Made by a program: the position numbers and the translations under genes
Notes under the pieces: model-generated
What the model saw: only the letters and a program-made list of their open reading frames with translations
The model's database searches: none
What the model was told of the DNA's origin: nothing
Shown: in pieces, positions 52,401-61,258 of the stretch
Layout of the letters: every line of letters begins with the position of its first letter
Position numbering within the stretch: the first letter of the stretch is position 1
Assembly: GCA_038087875.1 (NCBI GenBank)
Contig: CM075981.1
Span: 67,084,001 to 67,148,000 of the forward strand
Direction of reading: 5' to 3'
DNA length: 64,000 nt
From: Malacoraja senta
Taxonomy: Eukaryota

Positions 52401-52723
52401 CCTGCATCAGGATTCGGGCAGAGTTTTGACCCGAAATGTCAACCGTTCCTTTCCACCCACAGATGCTACTCCACCCACTTGAGTTCCTGCAGCAGATTGT
52501 TTGTTGCTCCTGATTCCAGCATCTGCAATCTCCTGTCTCTCCATGATGGTGCTGCTGTTCTTTCACTTCTCTCAGTCCCTCATTCATACACCCTGCTTTG
52601 TTCACAGAGCACGCAGGAGTTCTTTTGCACAAGGCCTTTTTGGTTGGAATGTACAGTCAACTCGACACCAGTCCACAGATTGCAGAGGCTATGAAGGTTC
52701 TGCACATGGAAGCCACCACTTAA
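1339..52723 (+). CDS. INTS1: INTS1 (Integrator complex subunit 1), 3' part of gene: 21 coding exons; 5' exons lie upstream of the window
   Basis: Spliced peptides follow recalled human INTS1 in order ([10 protein letters not shown]..., [13 protein letters not shown]..., [35 protein letters not shown]..., LHMEATT*); all junction phases are compatible. Confidence 0.97.
2203..2570 (+). mobile_element. HE1-like tRNA-derived V-SINE with an internal foreign insert of about 80 bp
   Basis: tRNA-like head, V-domain ggtttcctcccatattccaaaga, (ctaaa)n tail. Confidence 0.75.
4047..4550 (+). mobile_element. CR1 LINE 3' fragment
   Basis: [11 protein letters not shown]...[19 protein letters not shown]...[10 protein letters not shown], (ttctatg) tail. 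Confidence 0.92.
6340..7290 (+). mobile_element. Old CR1 fragments (RT region)
   Basis: Degenerate VPQG...INDLD...TK RT motifs. Confidence 0.65.
7406..7504 (+). CDS. INTS1: INTS1 exon ([33 protein letters not shown])
   Basis: ctgcag acceptor, gtacca donor, phase 1-1. Confidence 0.93.
7581..7890 (+). mobile_element. HE1-like V-SINE
   Basis: tggcgcagctggt A box, ggttcgatcc B box, V-domain. Confidence 0.8.
8002..8292 (+). mobile_element. HE1-like V-SINE
   Basis: tRNA-like head, V-domain, ctaaactaaa tail. Confidence 0.8.
8777..8901 (+). CDS. INTS1: INTS1 exon (DNIDLNRQ...[13 protein letters not shown])
   Basis: tcctag acceptor, gtacac donor, phase 1-0; matches LGPEDDLAGMFLQ. Confidence 0.9.
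9446..9710 (+). mobile_element. CR1 3' end
   Basis: gagagttgtgaatttgtggaattc and CR1 3' UTR. Confidence 0.85.
9833..10087 (+). CDS. INTS1: INTS1 exon ([10 protein letters not shown]...[11 protein letters not shown])
   Basis: tcgcag acceptor, gtatgg donor, phase 0-0. Confidence 0.93.
11054..11213 (+). CDS. INTS1: INTS1 exon ([13 protein letters not shown]...[22 protein letters not shown])
   Basis: ttcatag acceptor, gtactt donor, phase 0-1. Confidence 0.9.
11561..11700. repeat. Minisatellite, unit of about 29 bp (gacacacaggtctgtgacagag...)
   Basis: 4-5 imperfect tandem copies. Confidence 0.8.
12925..13800 (-). mobile_element. CR1 LINE fragment
   Basis: [20 protein letters not shown]...RVVNLWNSL on the minus strand. 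Confidence 0.88.
15177..15515. mobile_element. Palindromic MITE, PIF/Harbinger-type
   Basis: TIRs AGGGCCTGTCCCACTTA / TAAGTGGGATAGACCCT, TTA target-site duplication at 15174-15176 and 15516-15518; whole element self-complementary. Confidence 0.85.
16030..16170 (-). mobile_element. Rex1/Babar-like RT C-terminal fragment
   Basis: [28 protein letters not shown]. Confidence 0.7.
16988..17128 (+). CDS. INTS1: INTS1 exon ([19 protein letters not shown]...NVEPELMER)
   Basis: ttcacag acceptor, gtatga donor, phase 1-1. Confidence 0.9.
17265..17487. mobile_element. Inverted pair of Penelope terminal repeats (foldback element)
   Basis: About 90-bp arms inverted around 17359; similar pairs at about 5377-5555, 9150-9340, 20222-20430 and 52340-52540. 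Confidence 0.75.
18963..19130 (+). pseudogene. Decayed tandem duplicate (pseudo-exon) of INTS1 exon 19579-19759 including its 3' splice region
   Basis: Reads [24 protein letters not shown] versus the real [18 protein letters not shown]; the upstream intronic sequence also aligns. Confidence 0.85.
19579..19759 (+). CDS. INTS1: INTS1 exon ([18 protein letters not shown]...EVDGD)
   Basis: ctcacag acceptor, gtattt donor, phase 1-2. Confidence 0.92.
21200..21620 (+). mobile_element. CR1 3' fragment
   Basis: [19 protein letters not shown]. Confidence 0.88.
22350..22995 (+). mobile_element. CR1 fragment
   Basis: [17 protein letters not shown]...RRFTRMLPG. Confidence 0.88.
24038..24161 (+). CDS. 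INTS1: INTS1 exon ([42 protein letters not shown])
   Basis: gctgaag acceptor, gtaagg donor, phase 2-0; matches SGLLVDWLEMLDPEVV. Confidence 0.88.
25456..25586 (+). CDS. INTS1: INTS1 exon ([43 protein letters not shown])
   Basis: atccag acceptor (the in-phase option), gtgagt donor, phase 0-2. Confidence 0.88.
26238..26325 (+). CDS. INTS1: INTS1 exon ([29 protein letters not shown])
   Basis: ttgtag acceptor, gtagga donor, phase 2-0. Confidence 0.95.
28124..28371 (+). CDS. INTS1: INTS1 exon ([23 protein letters not shown]...SCIKQRGE)
   Basis: ttgtag acceptor, gtaaac donor, phase 0-2. Confidence 0.92.
28447..28753 (+). mobile_element. HE1-like V-SINE
   Basis: ggttcgatcc B box, V-domain ggtttcctcccacactccaaag, ctaaa tail. 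Confidence 0.82.
29310..30300 (-). mobile_element. CR1 ORF2 endonuclease/linker fragment
   Basis: [16 protein letters not shown] and VVGDF motifs on the minus strand. Confidence 0.7.
30955..31084 (+). CDS. INTS1: INTS1 exon ([20 protein letters not shown]...GSTCK); alternative start at 30952 (NAGNAG)
   Basis: ttcagcag tandem acceptor, gtttga donor, phase 2-0. Confidence 0.88.
32510..32643 (+). CDS. INTS1: INTS1 exon ([17 protein letters not shown]...[13 protein letters not shown])
   Basis: ttccag acceptor, gtatta donor, phase 0-2. Confidence 0.95.
33539..33731 (+). CDS. INTS1: INTS1 exon ([25 protein letters not shown]...LLSFILLLE), followed by a GC donor
   Basis: cttcag acceptor; homology ends at GAG|gcgagt and the next exon requires phase 0. 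Confidence 0.9.
35050..35177 (+). CDS. INTS1: INTS1 exon ([28 protein letters not shown]...QKHSDVL)
   Basis: aaacag acceptor, gtaagt donor, phase 0-2. Confidence 0.94.
35293..35620 (+). mobile_element. HE1-like V-SINE
   Basis: tRNA-like head, V-domain. Confidence 0.8.
35807..36093 (-). mobile_element. HE1-like V-SINE
   Basis: Reverse complement of the same family, tttag tail. Confidence 0.82.
37260..37920 (+). mobile_element. Old CR1/L2-group LINE 3' fragment (related pieces near 40650-41040 and 43770-44090)
   Basis: [11 protein letters not shown] motif; recurs in the window. Confidence 0.6.
39913..40640 (-). mobile_element. CR1 3' fragment
   Basis: [13 protein letters not shown]...[12 protein letters not shown], catagaaa tail. 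Confidence 0.92.
41233..41345 (+). CDS. INTS1: INTS1 exon ([22 protein letters not shown]...EDEDG)
   Basis: cccag acceptor, gtgagt donor, phase 2-1. Confidence 0.92.
42058..42817. other. Assembly gap (N) flanked by CT-rich repeat
   Basis: N run. Confidence 1.
42894..43007 (+). CDS. INTS1: INTS1 exon ([38 protein letters not shown])
   Basis: tttcaaag acceptor followed by aagaag (tandem AGs), gtaagg donor, phase 1-1. Confidence 0.88.
43618..43768. repeat. (CCATCCT)n heptamer tandem repeat
   Basis: Directly visible. Confidence 0.95.
44125..45106 (+). mobile_element. Rex1/Babar-like LINE 3' end with nested CR1 (about 44438-45025)
   Basis: [10 protein letters not shown]...PSGRRYK motif and aataaa(ccaaa)n tail, split by CR1 [11 protein letters not shown]. 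Confidence 0.7.
45570..45640 (+). CDS. INTS1: INTS1 exon ([24 protein letters not shown])
   Basis: gcacag acceptor, gtaagt donor, phase 1-0. Confidence 0.94.
47152..47243 (+). CDS. INTS1: INTS1 exon ([30 protein letters not shown])
   Basis: ctcacag acceptor, gtaact donor, phase 0-2. Confidence 0.93.
47410..48272 (-). mobile_element. GC-rich non-autonomous retroelement, copy 1
   Basis: Shares architecture, hairpins and GGACTTACCATC motif with 55138-55862 and 58259-59073. Confidence 0.7.
49850..50390 (+). mobile_element. Penelope-like retroelement 3' fragment with GIY-YIG endonuclease and hammerhead-like motif
   Basis: ORF contains [30 protein letters not shown] (GIY-YIG); CTGAAGA-hairpin-GAAAC near 50297. 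Confidence 0.9.
51782..51891 (+). CDS. INTS1: INTS1 exon ([36 protein letters not shown])
   Basis: ttccag acceptor, gtaagg donor, phase 2-1. Confidence 0.95.
52608..52723 (+). CDS. INTS1: INTS1 terminal coding exon ([38 protein letters not shown])
   Basis: ttcacag acceptor, TAA at 52721-52723; matches the recalled INTS1 C-terminus. Confidence 0.95.
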
Positions 52724-53483
52724 GGACTAGCCATTGTAAACGGAGTGTGTTTAACGCCACAGAGAAAAAAATTGACGACGGAGGTACATTTAGTACAATG
52801 TCATTGAACCTCTACAGTGCTACACATGAAGTGATCAAGCTGTTCAGGATAATGCCGGTCAGGAGCATCTCCCAGGAACGGAAATAATGAAAATTGGAGG
52901 ATTTAACATGGATTTTCCTACATAACTGCATTCACTGCACTTCAGTTCATTGTCTGAAGACCTTTATGATGAGAAGGTGCATAAAAATTAACTGCATCAA
53001 ATCTTTCTGTTTCTCTCCCATATTTTCTCCCTCTCTTTTACTCTCCCTCTTGCATACGTTATGTAACTCCTCATCATATTTTGAATGAAATGCTTCCAAA
53101 TGTCAGGAAAAGCCATAGCCACTGTGTCCAATTTTGACCAGCCAAGAGGTTTGTTAGTCCCACCAGAAACCACTGCACAACTGGATTCCAGCCTCTCAAC
53201 ATACCTCAAGGCGAGGCTTGTGGATGGAAATGCATGGCCAACCAGTTAGGCTCTGAACTATGGTATTGTAACCAGGGCACAATATGGTGACTTAAAATGG
53301 AGAAAGTGTCAGACCAAAGCCAGGAGAACTAACAGTTCTTTTAGACTCTGGGATAATTCTGTGGACTGTTGAGATCTTGTGAGTGCATGAGGCTGTGTGA
53401 TGAACCATTCAGACCTAAAAACATCTTGGCTCTATGATGTTCTGTGAAAGTTTTGTATTTTTGTTGAGAATATTTTAATGTAA

Positions 53484-53551
53484 AATAAATTTTTGACAAA
53501 AAAAATCTTGCCACTTTTATCTGCAGTTATGAAATAAAGTTATGAAATAAA
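53484..53551 (+). terminator. Probable INTS1 polyadenylation signals
   Basis: AATAAA at 53484-53489 with upstream TGTA motifs, plus two more AATAAA in a tandem gttatgaaataaa duplication; about 760 nt after the stop codon. Confidence 0.65.
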
Positions 53552-53554
53552 CTG

Positions 53555-54720
53555 ACCAGGTAAATCCATTCCCGTAGCGACCTTTCTGTTCTTGGCTTCC
53601 TCCACTGCCTGAGTGAAACCACAGACAAACTGGAAGAACAGCACCAAATATTCCACTTGGGTAGTTTGCGCTCCAACAATATAGAAACATAGAAAATAGG
53701 AGGAGAAGGAGGCCATTCGGCCCTTCGAGCCAGCACCGCCATTCATTGTGATCATGGCTGATCGTCCCCAATCAATAACCCGTGCCTGCCTTCTCCCCAA
53801 ATCCCTTGATTCCACTAGCCCCTAGAGCTCTATCTAACTCTCTTAAATCCATCCAGTGATTTGGCCTCCACTGCTCTCTGTGGCAGGGAATTCTACAAAT
53901 TCACAACTCTGGGTGAAAGAGTTTTTTCTCACCTCGGTCTTAAATGGCCTCCCCTTTATTCTAAGACTGTGGCCCCTGGTTCTGGACTCGCCCAACATTG
54001 GGAACATTTTTCCTGCATCTAGCTTGTCCAGTCCTCATCCTTCTAAACTCCAGTGAATACAAGCCTAGTATTTTCAGTCTTTCCTCGTATGACAGTCCCG
54101 CCATCCCAGGGATCAATCTCGTGAACCTACGCTGCACTGCCTCAATCACAAGGATGTCCTTTCTCAAATTAGGAGACCAAAACTGTACACAATACTCCAG
54201 ATGTGGTCTTACCAGAGCCCTATACAACTGCAGAAGAGGTTGCAGAAATATATGAACATTGAATTCTCCCATTTCAAGAAATAAACCCCCCCCCCTCCTC
54301 TCTCTTTCCAGTGGCCACACATTTCCCCCACCTTTGTCACCCTTCTCCTTTCCCCTTTGTGCATTCATCTCTCATCCTCGTCCCATATTTCCCTTTTATC
54401 TACCCTGCCTTTCCTCTATCCCATCCCCTTCCAACTATTTCACCGGCTTTACATTTAATTCCTCTTCTCTCCTTGTCTGATACTCTTCTGTCTCCTTTTC
54501 ACCTCCAGGCTTTATCACTTACTCCACTCATCTGTTAATCGCCCCACCCCCTCACCCATATCCACCTATCACTTGCCAGGCTCTGCTACACCCGTACCAC
54601 TCCTTTCCAGCTTTCACCCTCCATCAGTCTGAAAAAAGGTCCCAACCTGAAACGTCATCTGCCCATTCCCTCCACAGATGCTGCCTGACACACCGCGTTC
54701 CTCCAGCACTTTCTGTTTGG
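53555..54720 (+). mobile_element. Penelope-like fragment interrupted by an antisense CR1 insertion (about 53681-54240)
   Basis: The Penelope sequence gggtagtttgc...atgaacattga is split by CR1 RT and 3' tail on the minus strand ([13 protein letters not shown]). Confidence 0.8.
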
Positions 54721-55137
54721 AGCAGGTAAATTGTCAGAATGGTTGGCAACAGAAAGTGAAATTGGAAGAGCTTTTCCAGGCATTGATATGCTTGACACCA
54801 AGTTATTTCCAAAAGACATAACATTTGGGGATAAATCTTGTAGATGATAAAAGATGAACAATATCATGAACATTGTTAAGAGTTGGCCCTTAAGCTTGGA
54901 ATGCTTACTATCACAACTGAAACATACATTCTATGTTGAGAACGTGAGAGTCGTGCAGCATGGAAATAGGCCATTTGGTCCACCATGTCCAACCAGTGGG
55001 CACCCATTATTCCCACATCCCTGTACTTGGCCTGTACTTATGGTTTATGTCTTGTATTTCCAATTTCCAGTTAATTTCCAATTTTCATCGACAGCTTTGT
55101 ATTCACCTTCTTTTTTCAGATCATCTCTGAGTTTAAT

Positions 55138-55862
55138 CAATACAATACAATACAATAATACTTTATTAGCCAAGTGTGCTTTGCAACGTATGAGGAATTT
55201 CATTTGCCAAGTCAGTCATACAAATAAAAAGCAACAGAACACACAAAATACCACATTTTAACATAAACATCCACCACAGTGACTCCTCCACATTCCTCAC
55301 TGTGATGGAATGTAAATAAAAGTTCAATCTCTTCCCTTTTTTATCCCACGGTCGGAACAATCTTACTCCCGTAGCCGGCGGTCGGGCCCTCCGCGACAGG
55401 GCGATCATGCTCTCGCATCGGGGGATCTCAGCTCCCCCGTGGTGATCGGACCCCGGGTTGGGGCTTGGCGAACCTTCTGCGTCATTGGAGCACCTACGGT
55501 CTCTACCCGATGACTGCGAGCTCCTGATGGTAAAGACCAGCAGGCCGCGGTTGAAGCGATCCCAGGCAAGGGATCGGCTCCGATGGTAAGTCCATGCCTT
55601 GCGGGGGGGCTCAAAGTCAGTCCCGAGCAAGGCCTCCAGCTCCATGATGTTACAGGGCGACCAGAGATACGACCTGGAAAAGAATCGCATCTCCAGCAAA
55701 GTAAGAGATTGGAAAAAAGATTCCCCTGACCCTCTCCCCCTCATAAAACAAACCAGAGAACATGTACACAAACTTTTAAAGCACACTATAAATAACAAAA
55801 AAAGACCAAAAAAACAGACAGACTGTTGGCGAGGCTGCCAATCGTAAGGCACCTCTGGTGGC
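55138..55862 (-). mobile_element. GC-rich non-autonomous retroelement, copy 2
   Basis: aataaa plus (tattg)n tail on the minus strand, shared hairpins. Confidence 0.7.
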
Positions 55863-56769
55863 AAGGCCAGCCATGCCTTTAATTTTCATAGCCTTAAGTT
55901 CTGGTATCCTCTTTCGTTTTGACAAGAGAGAGTTAGATTTGGCTCATAGGGTTAAAGGAATCAAGGGATATGGGGAAAAAGCAGGAACGAGGTACTGATT
56001 TTAGATGATCAGCCATGATCATATTGAATGGCGGTGCTGGCTCAAATGGCCGAATGGCTTTCTCCTGCACCTATTTTCTATGTTTCTAAATCCCTCAGTG
56101 CTAATCAAAACTCACCTCCTTGGCTAAGCTTTGCTGATGTGCCTTTATATGTGGATTGGTGTGCTTTTATTTTTGATAATCACTTCTGTGTTGTGATTTG
56201 GGGGCTATGTAAAATGAGTTGTAATTGTTTGGTGCTGAATACCCAGCTTGCTACAGAATTTACAAAATATAGTGGCAAATAATTCTTCCTGCACCGTCCT
56301 TGTTGGCTGTTTGGTTGGGAGACTGTGCCTACTGCATTACAAGTGGACTGGACCTCAAACCAATACATACATGAATTTTGGTGTTCGGCATGTGCAACGG
56401 GGTCTCTAAATGCACAATTCGAATTGACTCTTTTTGCTGACCCATGAATAACCTGGAGGAGATTGCAGAGTACTCCACAGAAAAAATATTGTAGCAACAA
56501 TCCAGTTAGTGATTCCACAGGTAGACACAAAATGCTGGTGTAGCTCAGTGGGTGAGGCAACATTTCTGGAGAGAAGGAATGGGCGATGTTTCGGGTGGAG
56601 TCCTTTCTTCAGACTGATGTCAGGGGAGGGGGAGGGACAAAGATAGAATGTAGGCGGAGACAGTAAGACTAGTGGGAGAATTGGGAAGGGGAGAGAAAGC
56701 AACCCTTGCAGCAAACCAATGCACCATAAAAGAAGAAGATGACGTGCTTTATTGATTAAAAAGACCATC

Positions 56770-57680
56770 ATGGCCAAGACGATATTACTGAAGAATCGTC
56801 TGGTGAAGATATATGGGTGGAGCTGAGAAATAAAAAGGGGACAATCACTTTGTTCGGCGTGTACCATAGGTTCCCAAATAGACAACGGGCATTAGTGGAA
56901 CAAATATGCCAGAAATTGTAGGCAGCTGCAAGACTACTAGAGTTGCCATAGTTGGGGATTTTAACTTCCCCAATAAAGGACGGCTAGAGTGCCAAGCGCT
57001 TAGATGGGGTGGAATTTGTAAAATGTATTCAGGAATGTTTTCTCAGGCAATAGGTAGAGTCCCCCTACAAGGGAGAGGGCAAAGCTTAACCTACTTTTAG
57101 GGATTGGTCAGGATGAGCCTTTTGGGACCAGCGACCATTCTATTACCTTTAGAATAGTTATGGATAAAGACAAGGCTGATCTATAAGTTAAAGTTCTAAA
57201 TTGGGGCAAGGCCCACTTTGATGGTATTAGACAGGAATGATTCCTGCTCACCTGCTGCAGAGGCAATAACCTGTCAGCATACCTTTGGGATGCGAGAAGA
57301 AACTAGAGCACCCGGAGGACACCTACATGGTCGCAGGGGAAACTCCACATTCATAGAGTCATACAGCGTGGAAACAGGCCCTTCGGCCCAACTTGCTCAT
57401 GCTGACCAACATGCCCCATCTAAACTAGTCCCACCTGCCTGCTTTTGGGCCATACCTGTCCTATCCATGAACCTGTCTAAATGTCTCTTAGACTTTGCAA
57501 AAGTACCTGCCTCAACTACCTCCTCAGGCAGCTTGTTCCATACACCCACCACCCTTTGTGTAAAAAAAGTTACCCCTCAGATTCCCATTAAATCTTTTCC
57601 CCCCTCACCTTAAACCTATGTCCTCTGGTTCTTGATTCCCCTACTCTGGGCAAAAGACTGTACGTTTACCTGATCTATAC
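56770..57680. mobile_element. CR1 fragments (endonuclease IVGDFNFP on +, 3' end on -)
   Basis: AIVGDFNFPN motif; antisense CR1 3' UTR. Confidence 0.7.
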
Positions 57681-58258
57681 CCCGTTTACCTGATCCATTC
57701 ACCCCTGGTTGCTGTGAACTAGCACACTACCAGCTGCAAGACCGTACTACTCGGAGAGAAAAGGATCCAGTAGGTGGGATCCATTTACTGCAGAATAGAA
57801 TTAACAAGGAGCAATAAAATAGAGGAACAATGGTACAAGTGCTGTCGTCTGCACAGAAAGATATAGAAACAAAATAAATAGATGCCTAACAATTGGGTTC
57901 CTTGACACCATTGTTTTGTGTGTACTACACAATTCAATTTTACAAAAGATAAAAGGTTATTAAAATTCACGATTACTTAAAATGGGAAGTTAGCAAAGTT
58001 ACTTGTGGATCATTAACTTGTGTGATTGACCAAGTGAGCCTAGACTTGCCCAGGGAAGCCTGCCCATTCCAGCCTAGGAGGAGGGAGTTCACCCTTCCAC
58101 AGTGGACAACGAGCCCAATGGCTCCTCATCCACTGATTGCAGCCTTGACCATTGAGCCCCAACATCTGCGCACGCCCCAGCTCTCGTCTGCCCGACAAAC
58201 TCCATTCCTCCAACTCCTAAAACTGGCCTGACCCCTGGTCCCTGCCAATCTTACATAT

Positions 58259-59073
58259 TGTGGCGGCACCTATCAACAGCGGCTCGACTACAGTCCGTCT
58301 GTCTTTTTTTTAATTTTGTATCGTTAAATGTATGTCTTGACTCTAGTTGTTATTATTTTTTAGCTGTGTATATGTGGGGGGTGAGGTAGGGGGGGGAGTG
58401 GGGGAAACCATTAATCTCTTCCCTGCACGGGGACCCGACTTTTTCCCTATCGGGTCTCCGATGTCGTTGGGCCTAACATCGTGGAGCCGGTGGCGGCCTC
58501 CGGCCGGGACCGACCTAAGGGCTCCAGTCGCGGAGCCTGCGGACCTGACATCGCGGAGCTGGCCGACTTCGGAACGGGAAGTCGGCCAGCGGTGGTGGCG
58601 CGCGGCTGTGACCCGACTTTGGACCTTCGGAGGCTCCGGCCGCAGGCCCGGTGTAGAGGAACATCGGGAGCTCGCAGGTCCCTGGTGGGAGACCGCTTTT
58701 CGGAGCTCCCGCAACGGCAACTTCTGCTGGAATCGTGGGGTTTAAAGGACTCGGAGCGGGGCCTAACATCGCCCGGCACGGCTTAAACGGCCACAGGACT
58801 TACCATCGTCCGCCGGGGGCTTTAACATCGGAGCCCCAGTTCGCCTCGACGCTGCAGTTCGACTGCTGGACCGCGGGAGAAAAACAAAGGGAAGAGATAA
58901 GACTTTGCCTTCCATCACAGTGAGGAGGTGTTGGAGATTCACTGTGATGGATGTTTATGTAAACTGTTAAGTGTGGTTTTTTTGTTGTTGTAATGTAAAA
59001 CTGTAGAAAATGCAATTTCGTTCAAACCAAGCTGTTTGTATGACAATAAAAGGCATTCTATTCTATTCTATCT
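58259..59073 (+). mobile_element. GC-rich non-autonomous retroelement, copy 3
   Basis: tgacaataaa plus (attct)n tail, shared hairpins. Confidence 0.7.
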
Positions 59074-60200
59074 ACCACACCCTCAGAACCAAACCTGCAG
59101 GATGACGTATTGATGCCCTTGCAGTTCCGACAACCCGTGTGTTGTCCCGCACACAGGAAATATAGAATATGCCTTCAGTGTCCATCTGTTACCCAACATT
59201 TAACCCCCAACCCACGCAGCTAAACTAGATGAGCATTTCCCACTGATGTTGTGGGTTATTGGCCAGCCCTTCTCAAGCCTGAAAGAACATACAGCAAGGA
59301 ATGAGTTGGGTGAGCCATTGAATTCAAATGCAAAGAAACGGGCAAAGTTACAATGGGTGGCTTATTAGAACACCTTGGAGAGCAAACAAGCAGTTGGGAT
59401 CATTAGTCTGAGTGAAGACAATAAAAAGTACAGCCTCAAAGAAACTGCTGGAGTAACTCAGCTGGTTGAGCAGATCTGTGGGTGGAAAGGAATGGGTGAT
59501 GTTTCGGGTCGATACCCTGAATAAGGATGGAAGCTGGACTTCTCTTTCAAATTGCAGCCTTGGTGAGTTGACGGGTCTAATTCTACACTGCAACCTTCTG
59601 CAATGACTTTGTGTTGCTCACCTTGGAATGTTGTTCCCCATTCTTTACAATTGGGACAGGCCTCAAAAATCTGCCCAAGAACCAGCATTGCTGGCTTCTG
59701 GTTACTGTTTTGTCTTCAGCTTTCCACTGGAGGAGAAACTGCAAACCTTTTGAGTGTCTGCACCATGTTTAGTCATTTTTGATTTACATTATGCATTGAT
59801 TCTGTAAACCCAAGTTGCTACAACAGATGACCCAGGTCAGCAATAGTTACCAAAGGCAGTGAATAAATAAATAGTCGACAGGGAGTAAGGGCTTTCTTGT
59901 TTTGATAAATATCATACTTTTCATTCCAGTCAAGGCAGAACAAAGATCAGTTTGCAGCAGCAGGAGATGAACTGTTTGTTTCTGATGCTTTTTTTCCAAA
60001 AGAATAAAGTTTGTCAGATCATGTGCTTGATCGGATGAGTCAGGCTAGAGGGCGTTGACAGATGTTTTCAGAAAGATCAGATTATTTCTGATGAAAGGTG
60101 TGTATGTAAAAAAAAAAGTGAGTGGTCGCTGTTGACTCTCAGAAGGTGCCGACGGGATAGTTAAAGAGGTTTTGGCTCAAAGCTGTGATCGAGCTGACTG

Positions 60201-60400
60201 NNNNNNNNNNNNNNNNNNNNNNNNNNNNNNNNNNNNNNNNNNNNNNNNNNNNNNNNNNNNNNNNNNNNNNNNNNNNNNNNNNNNNNNNNNNNNNNNNNNN
60301 NNNNNNNNNNNNNNNNNNNNNNNNNNNNNNNNNNNNNNNNNNNNNNNNNNNNNNNNNNNNNNNNNNNNNNNNNNNNNNNNNNNNNNNNNNNNNNNNNNNN
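60201..60400. other. Assembly gap (N)
   Basis: N run. Confidence 1.
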
Positions 60401-60904
60401 TGCCTCTTTCGCTGGCATTGGCCATACCATCTGCCAACACTATATTGCAAATGGCTCTTCAAGTAGATGCCCCCTGTAGTCCCACTCATCTGACTGAACA
60501 TTTGATGATCCACCAGCTATTTGACTGTGGGAACACCAACAAGGCTGAATTGTGGAAAACAGGAAGCCAACCAAGATTATTTCTGCTCTGAAGCATACCT
60601 ATTTACTACTCCTGAGTGTAAAAGGCAATTCAAAGAACTCGCCTACTTTTGTGATTGATCCAATAGCACGGCCGAGAAGAGGGGATTGAAATTGGTGCAG
60701 CTGTAGTCTACATAGCCCAAACCCTTGCAGCAAATCAATGCATCATTTCTAGTACTGAGAATGGACCTCTAGAGAGAGGCATGAGGGATCAGTCAATCAT
60801 GACCTGTCCTACCCATCATGCAAGCAATACCAAACACAGGAGATCTTCATTCAACAAAGGGCTCTGGTTATGATCTGCCAATGAACAGATTGATTTCTGC
60901 ACGA

Positions 60905-61258
60905 CCTGGATAAAGGGGATGTGCAGAGAGGATGTTTCCACTAGTGGGAGAGTCTAGGAACAGAGGCCATACCCTCCGAATAAAAGGACAGTACCTTTAG
61001 AAAGGAGATAAAGAGGAATTTCTTTTGTTAGAGGGTGGTGAATCTGTGGAATTATTTGCCACAGAAGGCTGTGGAGGCCATCAATGGATATTTTTAAAGC
61101 AGAGTTTGACAGTTTCTTGATTAGTATGGGTGTCAGGAGATATGGGGATAAAGCAGGAGAATGGGGTTGAAAGGGAAAGATTGATCAGCCATGTTTGAAT
61201 GACAGAGCAGACGATGGGCCGAATGGCCTAATTCTGCTCCTATAACTTATGAACTTAC
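60905..61258 (+). mobile_element. CR1 3' fragment
   Basis: gagggtggtgaatctgtggaat and CR1 3' UTR. Confidence 0.85.

Noticed and set aside
55166-55864. 232-aa ORF and other ORFs in the GC-rich elements
   Set aside because: Stop-poor GC-rich repeat; peptides are not conserved among the three copies.
60139-60591. ORFs spanning the second gap
   Set aside because: N-run artefacts.
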